A DNA stretch of 64,000 bases from Podarcis filfolensis (taxonomy: Eukaryota): assembly GCA_964270895.1 (NCBI GenBank), contig OZ185449.1. One strand, given 5' to 3'. Of the stretch, positions 12,930-26,800 are shown in pieces. Both the position numbers and the translations under genes were made by a program. The notes below the pieces were generated by a model, which saw only the letters and a list, made by a program, of their open reading frames with translations, searched no databases and was not told where the DNA came from. How positions within the stretch are numbered: position 1 is the first letter of the stretch; each line of letters opens with the position of its first letter.

Positions 12930-14211
12930 TATTTAAATTTAGGTATTATTTGTGCTGTGGCTAAGAAATATGCAATGTGTTATACCTGGCCACAATAATG
13001 GTCTATTTAGATCTTGACATTAAATGATTGCAGAAGGGCCATGTGAATTCAACATCAGTAGTCCAGAATGCTGTAGTTTTAGTTATTGACTGCATTCTTC
13101 CAGGACCTAGAGCAAATTTGTCTGGAGTATGGTGCTCAAAAAAACCCTCTATTTCTATTCCTTGCCATGAAAACCAGTACTTTGCAGCATTAATAAATCA
13201 TACAAATGAATGTAATTATAAACATTACCTTGTAATTCTTTATTTACTACATGGCTGTTTTCAGTTTTGCCAGTCCAGGGACTAGCAGAACAAGGAATCT
13301 TGCAAGGCATTGAAGCCATGCCCTTGGAAATCTTATTCAGCCTGATTTCAACAGGCTACCCACTTTCAAGCATATTTTGCTAGGAAACTACAGTAGCAAG
13401 GGACTACATGCTTGCTTTTTAAAAGAAACTGGAAGTTGTTTATCTCAGGAAACTGAATTCTGCGACTTCTCTGTGTTCCCCTAGAACTGCAGCATACTCA
13501 AGACTGGAGTCAACTTAACCCAGTATTGCTTGCATAAGCCAGCACAAGGGGACTTTCCTCCCTCTCCTCCCCCCATGCTTCCCCCAAATATGCTCTGGAG
13601 AGTTGGGAGAACCCCAGAACAGCACATAGGAAGAGATCTAGCAAGCCATCTAGCAAGCAGAAATGCTTGTGTTGATGGAACAATTGTATTAGTGTATTGA
13701 ATTCCACCCTCACAATTGTGCATATTAGACATAGTTTAAGGGCCCTTTTAAAATATAGTAACAGCTTTGTTCGTAGCTCTATTCAAATGTTTTGTTGTAG
13801 AATGAGACCATTTGGCAAGTAGTTTGACAAAAACATATTACTTTAATCCTATCCACAGAAAATAATTTATGCAGTCCAAAAAGCAAGTCTAATAAATTAT
13901 GGCACTACGAAAGCTACTCCTTTATTCTTAGTGACGTTCATGAGAATGTTTTTCTCCAGCACTACTGTCTGAGGCTTATGTGCAGCTTCTTTCCAGTTTT
14001 TGTTGTGGAATACTCTTTCCTGGCTCTTGAAAAATTGCATCCGCCACGTTTTATTTTCTCCTGGGATTTGTAAAGAAGTTTAAACTCACTGTGACACTAT
14101 TAATGAAATTTTGCCCGAATTGTGTTTTTGTTGAATTTATGATTTACCACATATGTCATGTTGACAAAATATCTTTCTGTATATATCTTTAAAATATGAT
14201 GCCATATTTCT

Positions 14212-14265
14212 CTCTCCCTCCCTCCCTCCCTCCCTCCCTCTCTCTCTCTCACTCACTCACACACA
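14212..14265. repeat. (CCCT)n/(CT)n/(CA)n compound microsatellite
   Basis: Direct tandem repeat. Confidence 0.85.
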
Positions 14266-14856
14266 AACCACATTTGGTCCAGTTATGGAATTAAATGTTG
14301 AACATGTAGTGCTGTTGTTCTTACTTTGTCATAGTAATGATTATGTATAGATTTGCTTCACTAAAATTGGAAGGGTATTTCAGTATTAACAAAATGTGTT
14401 TACAGGTAAGATTTTATATCTTGCCTTCAGTGATGGGATAAATATAGATGTTCCCAGGTGGTTTTTCATCCAGGCACTTGTCAGATTCAGACCTCATCAG
14501 ACTATGTTCTGGAAACTTTGATATGAATTTCTCATTTCTGTTTCCTAAGACCAAGATTATGATCTGAAAATACACATCATACTAAACTCTGTCAGAAGCC
14601 CCCCTTTTAAGCAACTACTAAGTTACTGAATTTGAACACTATGCTAAACTACAGAATGAGTCTGAACAAGATAGTGCTTATATACCCACCTCTTTTCCTC
14701 TGACATGGCCATGAGATTGGAAGGTTTTGCTTCCATTTTCAACTTCCAATAGTTATGTACTTCCATCCAAATTAGAAACTGTGCCAATATTTACTATGGT
14801 TCAGGGAAACAAACTAGCATAATTAACTATGTTTTGACATTGGCTTGTTCTTCAAC

Positions 14857-14975
14857 CAGGGTGGCCAACATTTGGCCCTCCCGATGTTGTTGGACTCAAT
14901 CTCCCATCAGCTCCAGCCAGCATTGCCATTGACCAGGGATGATCAGATTTGTAGTCTGGTAACAACTAGAGGGTC
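14857..14975. mobile_element. Palindromic hAT-type MITE (family of 1592-1722), degenerate
   Basis: CAGGGTGGCCAAC...CCCTCCCGATGTTGTTGGACT...TGTAGTC...ACAACTAGAGGG pattern. Confidence 0.6.
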
Positions 14976-16617
14976 AATACAAACTAGAGAGTCACACAAA
15001 ACCATAGTTAACACAAATTATTGTTTGTTTGGGCACAGCCATAACATTCAGCTATGCTTAGTTGGAAATGGAAGCAACAGGTTGTATCTCTTTTTGGCTG
15101 TACTAGAAGAGAACAGATTAATGGGGAAGAATGTGAGTATCACTAAATCATAGTTTAATGTTACATATGAATCTGACAATATGCCATGGTGGCAATGGGG
15201 AAAAGCTTAGGGCAAGTTAAAGTAGTGTTGGCTTTGTTTCTGCATGCTTCTGCATTCAGTCTTGATTGGCCTTCAGTATGAATATGCTCTCATCTGCTAA
15301 AAACCTACCTGGTGTCATACCAATGATAGTCTGATGAAACTGGAATTCAGCACAGCTTGATTCTTTTCTTTTGTTCCCATGTGCTAACATTCATGTGAAT
15401 AGTCCCTAAGACTACAGTCTTTACACACATTCTAAGAAGTAATCCTCATTAAGCACTCGGAAGCATACTTTCAAGTCAATATGCATAGACTAGACAATAG
15501 GATGTTCCTATCTAGTCCAAATATCTTAAAATCCCTCACGCCGAGCAGAGCTACTGCTTCAGCTGGATGGAAGAAGTAACATGAACTAATGGGACCACAT
15601 CACTTCTCAGCAGAGATTTGTGCAAGTAAATGCCTATGCCTCTCATGCAATTTCAAAACTCTATGTAGTCCCATCTATGCATATATCATTTATTTGATGT
15701 GGCTATAGCTTTGCGTGTCTTTTTAAACATTTGTTTATGAGATCCTGCTGCCTAACTTTATTCGTCCCCTCATGCTTCCACTTAGGTTCCTCTTATGGGC
15801 CATGATAAAGCCAAACTATTGTCTCTTGTTTATTAGTGCTTTCAGACTGTGTACAGTATATGGCAAACGATTCTCTGATGAAATTTTGCGCTCCTCTTCT
15901 GAGTAACACAATACCCAAAGATGCAGTCATCCAGAAACCTGTGGCTGAACAATGTAATGCTTAAGTACTTTTTTTTTTTTTTTGCTTCCCCCCCTGCTTG
16001 TAGCATGACTTTTAACAATGGACTCAAGTATCAATAACAGGGAATTTTTCTTCTTGCTACTGGTATTAGAAACAGTGTTTTACCTGTTTTTTTATTTTAA
16101 TTCTTTAATTGCTGCCAGGTTGCTCTATTTGATGTCATGTCATAGCCTGGAGCAAAGGTTTCTGGCCAAGTTATAATCCATTTGAAATCAAGGAGTTCAT
16201 AATGGAAAAACTGATAATAACAATAATAACATTGCTATTTGGAGTGAGGTCACCTTTTACCACTAACCATTCCCTTAGTAAAAACAATACTAGCAGAAAA
16301 CACAACCATGTCTATTTAAACATGCCTGCTTACAGCCTGGTTTCTTTGGGCCAAAAGAGCCATGAATAGTCTTTTTGGTTGTTTTACTTTTTTTAAGTAA
16401 CCTCTGAAATGGTTGATGCATTAAAAAAATAAAAGTTATGACTCCTTTTTAATAAACCTTTTTATTTGGTTATTTTATGCTGTACATTAAAGGACCCTGG
16501 AATGTTTACGAGGCTTAATAAACTCTCCAAATCATCCTAACCCAATATTTCACAAATGAGTTGATTATTTTTTCCTGCCCTTGCTATATCCTCCCACCTG
16601 TCAGACTGTTTTATTTG

Positions 16618-16620
<3 letters not shown>

Positions 16621-16650
<30 letters not shown>
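16621..16650. repeat. (GT)15 microsatellite
   Basis: Direct tandem repeat. Confidence 0.95.
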
Positions 16651-16651
<1 letters not shown>

Positions 16652-16652
<1 letters not shown>

Positions 16653-16804
16653 AAGGGGCGGGGAACATGAGGCCCTCCAGATATTGTTTAACTCCCAACT
16701 CTCAGTCAGTTTAACACCACTCTCAGTCAGCATGGCCAACATCTGGGATTGGTGAGAGTTGTAGTCCAGCAACATCTGGAGAACCACAGGCTTCCCACCC
16801 CTAG
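16652..16804. mobile_element. Palindromic hAT-type MITE (same family)
   Basis: CAAGGGGCGGGGAAC...CCCTCCAGATATTG / CAACATCTGGAGAACCACAGGCTTCCCACCCCTAG inverted arms. Confidence 0.65.
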
Positions 16805-17067
16805 TCTGTATAAACACATACTCTTACAAGATAAAAAAGGTAAACTCATACAACACTGGATTGGATCCATGCTAATCTAGTTGAATTTAAATAAATGGGA
16901 CTTAATTTTCAAATCACGAGTAACTTGTTCCAGTGATTTTGATTGGATCATTCTGCATCAACTTGAAGAAATAATTAACTTACCATTGCATATAAAAATT
17001 GTGGAGCATAGGACCCTTGGCAGACCCATGATGACAAGGAGATGCAACCTTGTACTCAGAATCGCTA

Positions 17068-17245
17068 TAGCAGGGATGGGGACAATTTTTGAGCCCAAGG
17101 GCTGCATTTCCTCATATGCAGCTATCCATGGGCTACGTACCAGTTGTGAGTAGGATCAGAGCCAACAAGTGGGTTACATTGAACCCACACAATAGTTAGA
17201 GGTGGCTACCCATACACACTCTACCCATACACATCTCTCCAGCCT
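17068..17245. mobile_element. Old hAT non-autonomous element
   Basis: Left end CAGGGATGGGGACAA...GGGCTGCATTTC resembles the left end at 53074. Confidence 0.45.
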
Positions 17246-17591
17246 GACATTATCAGAGCAAAGCAAGCTGCAACCCCTGGTTTGGACATAATCACTAAGC
17301 TGTGGATAATGGTTTATTACCCTTGAACTTTAGTGAGAGGAAAACAACTCAGAAAGGCACATTATTGGTAAATCATTATTGTTTACCATAACATGTGAAC
17401 TGGGCCAAGACAGGTGCCTACAATTTTAATATTTCATCCCTTGCATAAAAGTGTTTTTCTTTTGCCAAGTGTTTTTAAATAATTAATTTGATTCCGTGTT
17501 GGTCATTTGTTATGTATCATATTATTTTGTGTAAAGATTTTATTGTACACCACTATTATATTTTCTGAGTTAATGGTTTATAAAGGCTCAT

Positions 17592-17629
17592 ATGAATGAA
17601 TGAATGAATGAATTGAATGAATGAATGAA
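17592..17629. repeat. (TGAA)n microsatellite
   Basis: Direct tandem repeat. Confidence 0.9.
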
Positions 17630-17977
17630 ATACCAAAATTTTCTGCATTGTAGGTGTGGCAACATGCAAAGCATCTTTAGAAAATAAGCTAATCCCATCT
17701 TTATCACAAAGTATTGACATGTCAAATCCTATTATTTTAAAGCAAGAATATAAAATGTATAAAGCAGTTTCATAGCACTGTCATTTGCTCACTTCATGCC
17801 TTTGATACTGACCTCAGTGATCCCATGCCTATGCAGCAAAATGAGGCTACTGAAACGTTAAGGATGTCAGTTGGATGTGACAGGGAACAAGGTGGAGTTG
17901 GATGAAATTGGCCTGACCTGCCCCTCACAGCTTCTGGTATTCTGGAGGGAGGATTAAGGGCAGTCCAGAATGCTCCA

Positions 17978-18129
17978 CAGTGGCGTAGCGTGGGTTGTCA
18001 GCACCCGGGGCAAGGCAAGTAATTTGCGCCCCCTAACCCATGGATTTTAGCACTCGAGTGCGAGCGCCCCCCCCCAGATGTTGCGCCCGGTGCGGCCGGC
18101 CCCCCCTGCACCCCCACGCTACGCCACTG
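17978..18129. mobile_element. Young hAT MITE, 152 bp
   Basis: Perfect 17-bp TIR CAGTGGCGTAGCGTGGG; perfect 8-bp TSD ATGCTCCA (17970-77, 18130-37). Confidence 0.93.
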
Positions 18130-18432
18130 ATGCTCCATGCTTTTAAGAAATCAGTCTGATCTGAAGATAGTGAGCAAAAACTACACCTCTAGCTCCAGGG
18201 CTTAGTTGTCTTGCACTGTTGCACTATGGGTTTTTTTCAAAGAGCTCAACCCTGCCCTGCCTGATAATTCTCATAGGTCCCCATCTTGTTATTGCAGCTG
18301 GGTGTTTATCTCACTCTTTTAAGCTCTGAGGTGTCATCATTACAACTTATCCACAATAATGAGATTGAGACTTTGTTTTATAAAGCTGTTTAGGCATTAG
18401 TGATATTTAGGTATATTGAGTACTCCACTTAC

Positions 18433-19231
18433 CTGATGGTTTGTCAGTGGAAGTTGGGATACTGGTAACTGAAGACATGGTTGGGAGAGTCGGTGGTAGA
18501 ATCTTTAAATTCTGGTCACTCTGGATCTCATTGGTGGATATTTGGTTAATGATACGATTGTAAGTGGGAGGCTGGTAGACTCGATTTGGTGGCTGTGGAG
18601 GTTGTGGGATTGGTTTAATGGAGGGTGTTCTTTGGCAGTACTCTTCTAGCTGTGCAATTATTATAGACTGGTTATTAGCAATGGATACCAAATGTTGGTA
18701 CTTGTGCTCCAGGTCTTTGTATTTATTTGCAAGCTGCAACATGTCAGCAGTCTGATTCAGTATCTTATTTTCCAGTTGGGAAAGTTCTAAAGCATTGTCC
18801 CGTTTTCGGATGATCTCATGCAGCAGCTGCATGTACAACTGGGTGACCCGCGAGTTCATGTTGCGGCTCTCTTTTCGTAAAAGCTTCACCTCATTAACAA
18901 TTCCTCCATCTACCTCCACCAGCTGCTGGAGGGTTTCTATTTGCCTCTTTTGCTTTAACAGCTCATTGTTCAGTAGCTCTAGTTCTTGCTTATTTACCCT
19001 GTTTTCAAGTACTTCGGGTTCCTTTGAATTAACACAAATCGCACCCGTCACTTTCTGCTGAGGTACAATGAAGGTATAAGTGCACTTGTCTTGTGTGTCG
19101 CTGGAGCGCTTATACCTGTTTGTGTAAATGAATTCTTGCTCCTCTCCCTCATCGCTGCCTTCGAAATCTTGGGTCTTGCTAGCACGCACTCCCACAATAG
19201 CCATTAGCAATAAGCAAACTGCTGCCTTCAT
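18433..19231 (-). CDS. ANGPTL2: Angiopoietin-like 2, first coding exon (signal peptide, coiled coil, Pro-rich linker)
   Basis: ORF MKAAVCLLL...RYKR...DKCTYTFIVPQQKVTGAICVNSKEPE...NRIINQISTNEIQSDQNLK...TDKPSG matches the ANGPTL2 N-terminus. Donor G|gtaagt follows 18433. The exon acceptor (ttaaaacag|) puts the exon start at 19277, so 19232-19277 is 5' UTR. Confidence 0.98.
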
Positions 19232-20014
19232 GGTCCCTTTATTTTTGAATTGGCTTGTATGAAAAGCGCTTTGTGATCTGTTTTAAATATGAAGTACATA
19301 CACAATATTAAATACCCAGTAATAAATCACAGCAAACAAAAAAGCAGTACTGTTCTACAAGGCAGTAAATGTGTTTTAAAAATGGTAACTGATCCTTAGA
19401 AATACCTCTTTATTTAAAAGTATGAAACTGTTGTTCAAAATCAAGTTAGCAGTTAGGCAAATTTAACCAGAAGGTGGTCTTTGGATGAAGCAATTTTCCA
19501 AGTTGCTCTTCATCATTCTCCCAAAGTTGATAAACAGGCAAAATTGAGATGGCTCACTATTCCTGGCTGTATTTTTGTTGGCCTTTGCTAATCTTGATTT
19601 GTAGGTGTGTTGCCTTGAGAAGATGTTTTGCATCTAATGACAGTATCTGGAAAGTCAGCACAGATTTGGCTTTTTCACATATCATCACAACTGCCTGAAA
19701 ATAGCCAATGGTCAGTAATACAAGTCGTGTGTTACTGTCCTGGCAATCTTAAGCAAGAAAAAAACACCCCCCCAAAAAAGTTGTTCTATTGGCCTTCTAA
19801 AAAGAGAATGGACAAGGTTGTCATAAACCTCATTATCTGTAGTGACTAGGTGTCTCCCTTGTGATGGGGGAAATAAATAAATATGTATATACAGACAGCA
19901 TGTTAGTAGATTACAGATTCTTTTGAAGTAAATAGTAACACCCTGGGCTTTGTTCTGATGATTGCTTACATCTCTCCATCTCTCCCTCCCTTGCTCTCTC
20001 TGATATGTAGTTTG

Positions 20015-20265
20015 CTGGGGTCAGCAAACTTTTTCAGCAGAGGGTCGGTCCACTGTCCCTCAGACTTGGGGGGGGGGGCTGGGCTAATTTTTTTAATAAT
20101 AATGAATGAATTCCTATGCCCCACAAATAACCCAGAGATGCATTTTAAATAAAATGACACATTCTACTCATGTAAAAGCACACTGATTCCCAGACCATCC
20201 GTAGGCCGGGTTTAGAAGGCGATTGGGCCGGATCCAGCCCCCGGCCCTTAGTTTGCCTACCAATG
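20015..20265. mobile_element. hAT MITE (about 250 bp)
   Basis: Termini CTGGGGTCAGCAAACT / GTTTGCCTACCAATG; reverse-orientation paralogue at 50865-51128. Confidence 0.8.
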
Positions 20266-22226
20266 CAGACTGAATGGCTGTTTACAACTGTTAGAAGCAG
20301 AGATAGAAAGAGCGCCCTGCACAACTCTGTTTAATGTTCGTGGGAATAGCAGGCTGAGATGAGTGGAAGAAGTGGTAGGTGAGAGCTCACTGGTTGTTGT
20401 TTTACTAGTAAATTGGGATAGATTAGCTTCATACAATGCCCTCTTGTCCTATCAAAGACTGAGTAAACCCAGGAGGGCCAGGAAAAGTTGGAAAAAAAGT
20501 TGCTCCAGTGCTTGGGCTTCTTCAGGGAGAGCCCTCAGTCTGATTTGATAGATGATTTGAAATAAGAGGAGGCATTTTGAAGATGTGTCCATATTCTGCT
20601 CTTCTGCAAGAAAGATAGTCATTAGACTGAGTGAGGCAGCCACCTCACATGATTGATTTTGGATGTTATTAAATGGCAACAAATATTTAATTGCTGTGTT
20701 TTTATTGCCAGGGAGAGGCATGTGTGGGGTTTTCTGCCTCAAGTGCCAAAATAACTTGACCAGCCTTGTTTACTATAAATCTTAATTAGGTTGGGTGGAG
20801 GAGTACAATCCGGTGCTCTGCCTCAAGAAGAAGAATATATTGTGACAGATGTAGTGCCTGGTGCCTTCAGTTACTGAATGCTCAGTTTTACTCATTGCTT
20901 CATTTTCATTTACTATGGCTTACAGCAAATGAGTAAGTGTACTGGTGGCCAGTGATAAAATGGTGGTTGCTTTGTTCCTCCCATGGACCTCCTGCTGCCA
21001 TTCTACAACAAGCCACACAACAAGTTTGTTTAGTGTTAGCTGTAAAAATGGGCCCATGGTTTGTCTTGCTCAAAGCAAACCATGAGCTGTGTAACCATGG
21101 TGTAGCTCCCGAGCTAGGTTCAATTCTAATGTTCTGCAAAGTTCAGTCCTAAAGAAAGTCTTTAAAATAGTGAGCATTTAATAAAAATGATTTGAGGGGG
21201 AAATTATAGTGAGCATTGGTTCTATTTTCTCTTGATGTGTATTGCAGAGTCCTTTGGCTGGAATATCTAGAAGTAGCACGCCAAAATGTTTCTGGGTTCC
21301 CAAGAAAACCTCTCAGATTGATTATACAATTAAATTTCTATTCAGACCTTTCGGAAAGCCTACAGCAATGTAACAGCAGTTTTAAAAAAGGAAATACAAT
21401 AAAACAGAATACTCAAAATATCTACTTAATAGATGTGAAGATTTTGTAATGCCTAACTAATTCCCAAATCAAAAGCCAATCCAAATGAGACAGCACTTTA
21501 GTAAGTACTTGAGCTCAGACTATGACGACATCAAGAAAGGATTTCTAGTGTTAACATAATGCATGATAGAACTGTATGACAAAATTCTTTTGTGAAAGGA
21601 AGAAGGAACTGTTATAAACTCTGTGTAGTCTTTAAAGCAATGCCAGTCAAATTCTTGAAGAAATTTGAAGCATAAATTAAAACTCCCTCAGACAGCTTTA
21701 ACTTGCATTTGCACAGTGGGTCACACTTGGTGACCCTGGCAGGCTTCCAGCCCTCTTACTTTACACAGTTGAACTATTCTTGAAAATGTCTTCAGCATAG
21801 TAGTTGTTAAAAAGCAGGCTCGGGGGTGGGAGTGAGGACTTGCTTCAATGTATAGCTTTCAGGTCTTTCTTTTCCCTCTTTCTCCTTTCAAACCCTTATT
21901 CAACATGACTAGAATCTCAGTTTTTCTGTTGAAATTCCTTCATGTTGTATTTTTACAGTGTTTCTCCATTTTAAGAGTAGGCTAGCATAAAGGCCATAAT
22001 GCCTTTATGTTCTAGTTTTGCTGCAACAAAAGCTCCTCCTCCTCCAACAACAAAAGTGCCCAGGTAAAGATCACTTGCATGATGAAGATAAGTCATAATA
22101 TTAGCAATGATTTTGCTTAGATGCACTACAGCAGCAACTGTTGCTATTTCAACCACTGGTAATTTATGTAGCATTTTATGTGACAGTGTTTATGTCCCTT
22201 TGCTGTGCCAGCTTTGCTGATGTTAG

Positions 22227-22848
22227 TGCCATGGGCCCCTTGGCTCTGACATGATATGGCGTGGAGGAGGAAGAAGGAGCAAATGGGGGACTGGAAGACT
22301 GGAAGACTGGCATCCAGGAATGAAGAAAAGATGTCCTCCCCTTGTGACTCTAGATGTGAGAGAGGGAGAAGCAGAGCTGCCAGCTCTCCCCTCTGCTCCT
22401 CCTGAAGAGTTTCTCATCAGGGAGGAGGGGAGGACTTTGGCCAGCAAGAAGAAGGATCTGAACAGAAGGAGGTGGCAGCCAAGCTAGAGGCAGAGGTGCA
22501 GGACACAATCTTGTCGCCAAGAACTAGATGGTGCCTTTGAACGTGAGATCAGATGCACCCAGCCAAACAGCACACTTTGTGCGTGTTGCAGAACTATAGG
22601 ACGAACAAGTCTTCTGAGTGAGCTCACCCTGCTTCATCTTTAAAAGCTTTGTGGGAGGGGCATGTCAACTGTTGGGACATATTCATAGGTTTTGTTCTAT
22701 TGTGAACCTTGCTTATGAACTTTGGAATCTTGACTTCTGGCCTTTGTGCTTGCTGCTGAGCCTGTACTGCTATTAGCCTGAATAAAGATTTCTTCTTTGT
22801 TTACAAGTAAGAGTTGTTATCACTGTACTTTGGGACAGGAGCCTGACA
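22227..22848 (+). mobile_element. Solo LTR (copy A of the ORF-bearing LTR family)
   Basis: TGCCA...TGACA termini; 5-bp TSD GTTAG/GTAAG (4 of 5); TTTAAAAGCT at 22639; AATAAA at 22781. Confidence 0.75.
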
Positions 22849-22879
22849 GTAAGAATGGTTGTTGCTATTTGTATTTAAA

Positions 22880-22990
22880 GATGGGAATCTGAAGCTGAAA
22901 GTGACTTGTCCAAGGCCACATAGTGAGTTTATAGCTGAGGTGGAACTTTAGCCAGATCAGATTTCAGCTCCATAGCCACTCAACCCTACT
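22880..22990 (+). mobile_element. MIR/CORE-SINE-like fragment
   Basis: AAGTGACTTGTCCAAGGCCACATAGTGAG core motif. Confidence 0.55.
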
Positions 22991-23736
22991 GGCTCTCTTT
23001 AACAGTTCTACCTTTCACCTTTCCTTCACACATTTTTTTAAAAGCACATTTCATGCTCTGAATCCAAAAGAAAAAAACCCATGCCTTTGAACTTGGTTTA
23101 CTGGTTTGGAGAAGTTCTTTTGCTGTTGTGTTTTAGTGTGGAATTTTGAGTATGCTGAAATCAGTGCCTGAGCTTCCATTAACACAAGTAGGGCTGGGAT
23201 TTCTTCTAACCATCTGGTCTTGGCTATTCAAATGGCTGGCAAAGGGGTAAGAAGAGTGAGGCAGTAATGGACCTTACTGTGTTTACTCTTAAAGCATTTG
23301 TTCAACTAATTGTGTCTCGAGGGGCACAACTGAAAATGTTCTTATCTAATAAGTAGAGGGGAAACAAGCTTCCAAAGAAAATATATTACTTTTCTCCCCT
23401 GTTCCTGACAAGGAAAAACAAAACTAGATATTTTCCTTGGCACTTCAAGTTACAAGTGAGAAAACCAAGACTCACTGTGGGAATTATCATGTTGCACTGT
23501 AAGGCTTTTTTACATATACTTTCAGCTTTTAAGTTATAGCATGTTTTGCTACTTTTGTTAAAGTTGCAAATAAAATTTCTTCAAGTTCTATCAAATTATC
23601 ATTGTGATGCTAGATAAAGTTTTCCTTCCTATGCCAGGACCTCATTTATATTATATTTGTAGCTCAGTGCAAGTTAAGGGTCCACCAGCCAGGAGAGGAG
23701 AGTACTTTATTTCTAAATGCTAGAGAGAATAAAAAA

Positions 23737-23869
23737 CAGAGCTTTTTTCAGCCAGAACTCACCAGAACTCAGTTCCAGCACCTCTCAGGTGGGCGCCATT
23801 GCCTTTATAAGAGAACCAAGGAAGCATTCATGCTGAGTTCTGGCACCTTTTTCTAAAAAAATAGCGCTG
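23737..23869. mobile_element. hAT-type MITE
   Basis: Termini CAGAGCTTTTTT / AAAAAATAGCGCTG; internal CCAGAACTC / GAGTTCTGG inverted repeats; flanks ataaaaaa/ataataac. Confidence 0.65.
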
Positions 23870-26800
23870 ATAATAACTATATGATAACATTTAGCAAGAG
23901 CTCAGATCGATTGGACCCCAGACATTTTGCTATCCCAAGGGGCTATATTATACGATTTGAGGACAAATCCCCAGTAATTTTGTGTGTTGATTATACAATT
24001 AAGACTAAAATGCTTGAGATAATACGATGTTGGAATAGTATGTTATTTCTGACACAAGAGGCACCTCCTAGGAACCTTCCCCCACCCATTGAAAAGCACT
24101 CTGCCTTTTATGCAATTTTTCGGATACCCTTTTTGTTTTAGATATTTTTTCATGGGGAGATCAGAGAGAAAGTACCACCTCGGCTTACAAATCTATGTGT
24201 GCATGTATATTATAGATAGATAATGCACATCACATGTACAGCAGCCTGCACTTACTCCCATCCCTTTGTATTTGGCTTTCAGGTGGTAGCTCTGTTGGGA
24301 ACCTTTTTGAAGACCAGGCCTGATGCAGTTTCAACACCATTTTTTATTTCAGTTGCCCAGCATCCTTGTAATAATGATGCTGTCACATAGCCAATCACAT
24401 TTGGCTAGGCAATACTACTTCAGAGGCCAAACAAAGCTAATTGGGATTGAGAGCAATGTTTCTGTTCCCTCTGAATTAGCTTCAGTTGCCCTTAGTTAAC
24501 ATTGTCACATAGCCAAATCTGATTGGATACATGACAGTGTCACACTTGGACCAAAAAAGTTTCACCAACAAATAGATATAAAAGGGATAAGGTTAGGCAT
24601 TCTTTCAGGAAACATATTTCACCTGAAAACCCACTTTTCACACTGAAAATATTGTTTGGATAATATGTGGCTCAGTCCTAATATCCTGTTCTATATCCTG
24701 TGACTATTTATATAGTCACAAAGTCGTAGCCTGCAAGTGGTGGCTTGGTATTTCATGAGACATTTCATGAGAGCTCTTACCTTTGTTATCTTCACAACGG
24801 TAGAGTTTTCAAAATAGGAAAAAAGAATTGTGGGTAATCTTATTTATGCAGTTTTAAGGACTACAAATTACTATGAATTATATGTTTGAGGGAGAACATT
24901 TTGTAATTTAAACAAAGATTCTTCTATGAGTCTTTGCAGAATTCTTTTTAAGTGACAGAGCTGATGTTTGGAATGCTAAAGTCAACACTGCAAGAGACTA
25001 ATCTACTTCAGATCCCATAGTAAAAGAAACAGGTTATACTTTGTCTTTACTAGCATATGTATTTACTAGGGTTATATTAAAATTTCTTACTAAGACAAAT
25101 GGAAATCCCCACAGCCATAAAATATCATAAAGGTATTTTCTGTGCCTAAACATTAAATCTATTTATCTTAAAGATATTTTGTTTGTTTGTTTGTTTTGCT
25201 ATGCTAAAATGCAAAGAGCTGTACAATAGGAATTTATCAGTGCAGAGTATGCAGGTGGCACAATGCAATGTTTTATGGGAAGTTACATTGCGCTTTGGAG
25301 AGAAGCTAAAAAAACAAACCCACTAAGCATTCTGGTCCATTAAATGTGACCTCAGCTAGGGTTTTTTTTGGGGGGTGGTGTTTGTTTTGTAGGCGGGGAA
25401 AGGAGGATTGGGCAAGACACCTTCAATATGTTCTCCTCTCTCAATAAGTGAACCCCCTCACTACTATTGTTGCCTGTTGGTGCTTCTCATCTGCTTCATC
25501 AGTGCCATCCCATAACTGCTTGCCAGACAAAGCCAATAAGAAAGCAGACAGTGACAGCTACTGCTCATAACTGTTGTATTGCTTGCTGAGCCAGAGCAAG
25601 AGGCAGGTGCGGAAGCAGGTTGCAGTAACAAAGAGATGGAACAGGTCTAGGTGATTCTAATCAGTAGACCCTATACTGGGGTGTGGGCATTCACCAGGTG
25701 CCCACCAATGCCAGCCTTGATTCTGCACCACTTCTCTCGGGCAGCCACTGCTAATTTGCCTGCTTGCTGTCTCCCTAGCTAGCACACACCTGTTGTCTTT
25801 AACTCACTGTTTCTCTGCAATTTAACTATAGTTTTCAGAAACATCAATTGTTGACCTAGCAAGCAGGACCGCCATGGTATGTTTCTGTGTGGAAGATATT
25901 TGTGTGTCATAGGCACTTACTGGAATGTGTGGATTATATCATCGCTGAGTTTCTTGCTCCATCTTTCCTGTTTACCTGCACTATCTTGAAATACCACTGA
26001 AATTTCAGCAGTTTTACTTCTGCTCTTTGGAGGTTGTTGATCTACTTTGTATTTCGCTGACACTCTGGCTTGACTAACAACTCAGCTATACCCCGGCACC
26101 AAGGCAGGCTTTTATGTCTTAGAGGCGTATTTCAGTGTATAGCTACTATTATTGCTGTACTAAGAGAGGGGTGCAATGTCTCTGGAAGGCCCCATGCTGT
26201 ACTGAATCAGAGTCCATTGCTGGTTTAGATGCAGCCACTTTGAGGTTCCATTTCCCATGGTGCACATTGAAAACATACAGAAAATATCTAACAAGAGTTC
26301 AGAATGCATACCTTTAATGCCTGAACAATTAATACTCAGGTAAGAAGATAATTCTACAAAGTTTTAGAAAGTTTGTCAAAATTAAATCAGCCTTAGTAAG
26401 TCAGGAAAACATATTTTTCACAGATATAACAAGCTCAAAGCAAAGATAATCAATCTGCCCAGCAATTCCCACTTCACTCCTAACATCAACAAAAGCAGAT
26501 CATGGTTAAATAAATGTGATCACAATCACATTTAAGGATAGATGGAAACCTAAGTTAATACCCAAGTGAATATGAAAGTTCATGGTCTTTCCCCTTTCAA
26601 TATATGTATGTCATAAATTGGTTGGGCAACTGGGTACCAGTTTTTGGAGGGTTTTTCTCCATAAAAGTTCACAGGCTGAGTAGTGTATCAAAATGTTTTG
26701 GCCCAATTTTCATAAGCAGCAAACCTTCATACCCAAATGAATGAGAATTCATGAAAGACCTAGTGTTTAGCCATGTGGTATTTTTCCCTGAAAAAATAAA

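Noticed and set aside
18795-19061. 88-aa plus-strand ORF
   Set aside because: Antisense shadow of the ANGPTL2 coiled-coil exon.
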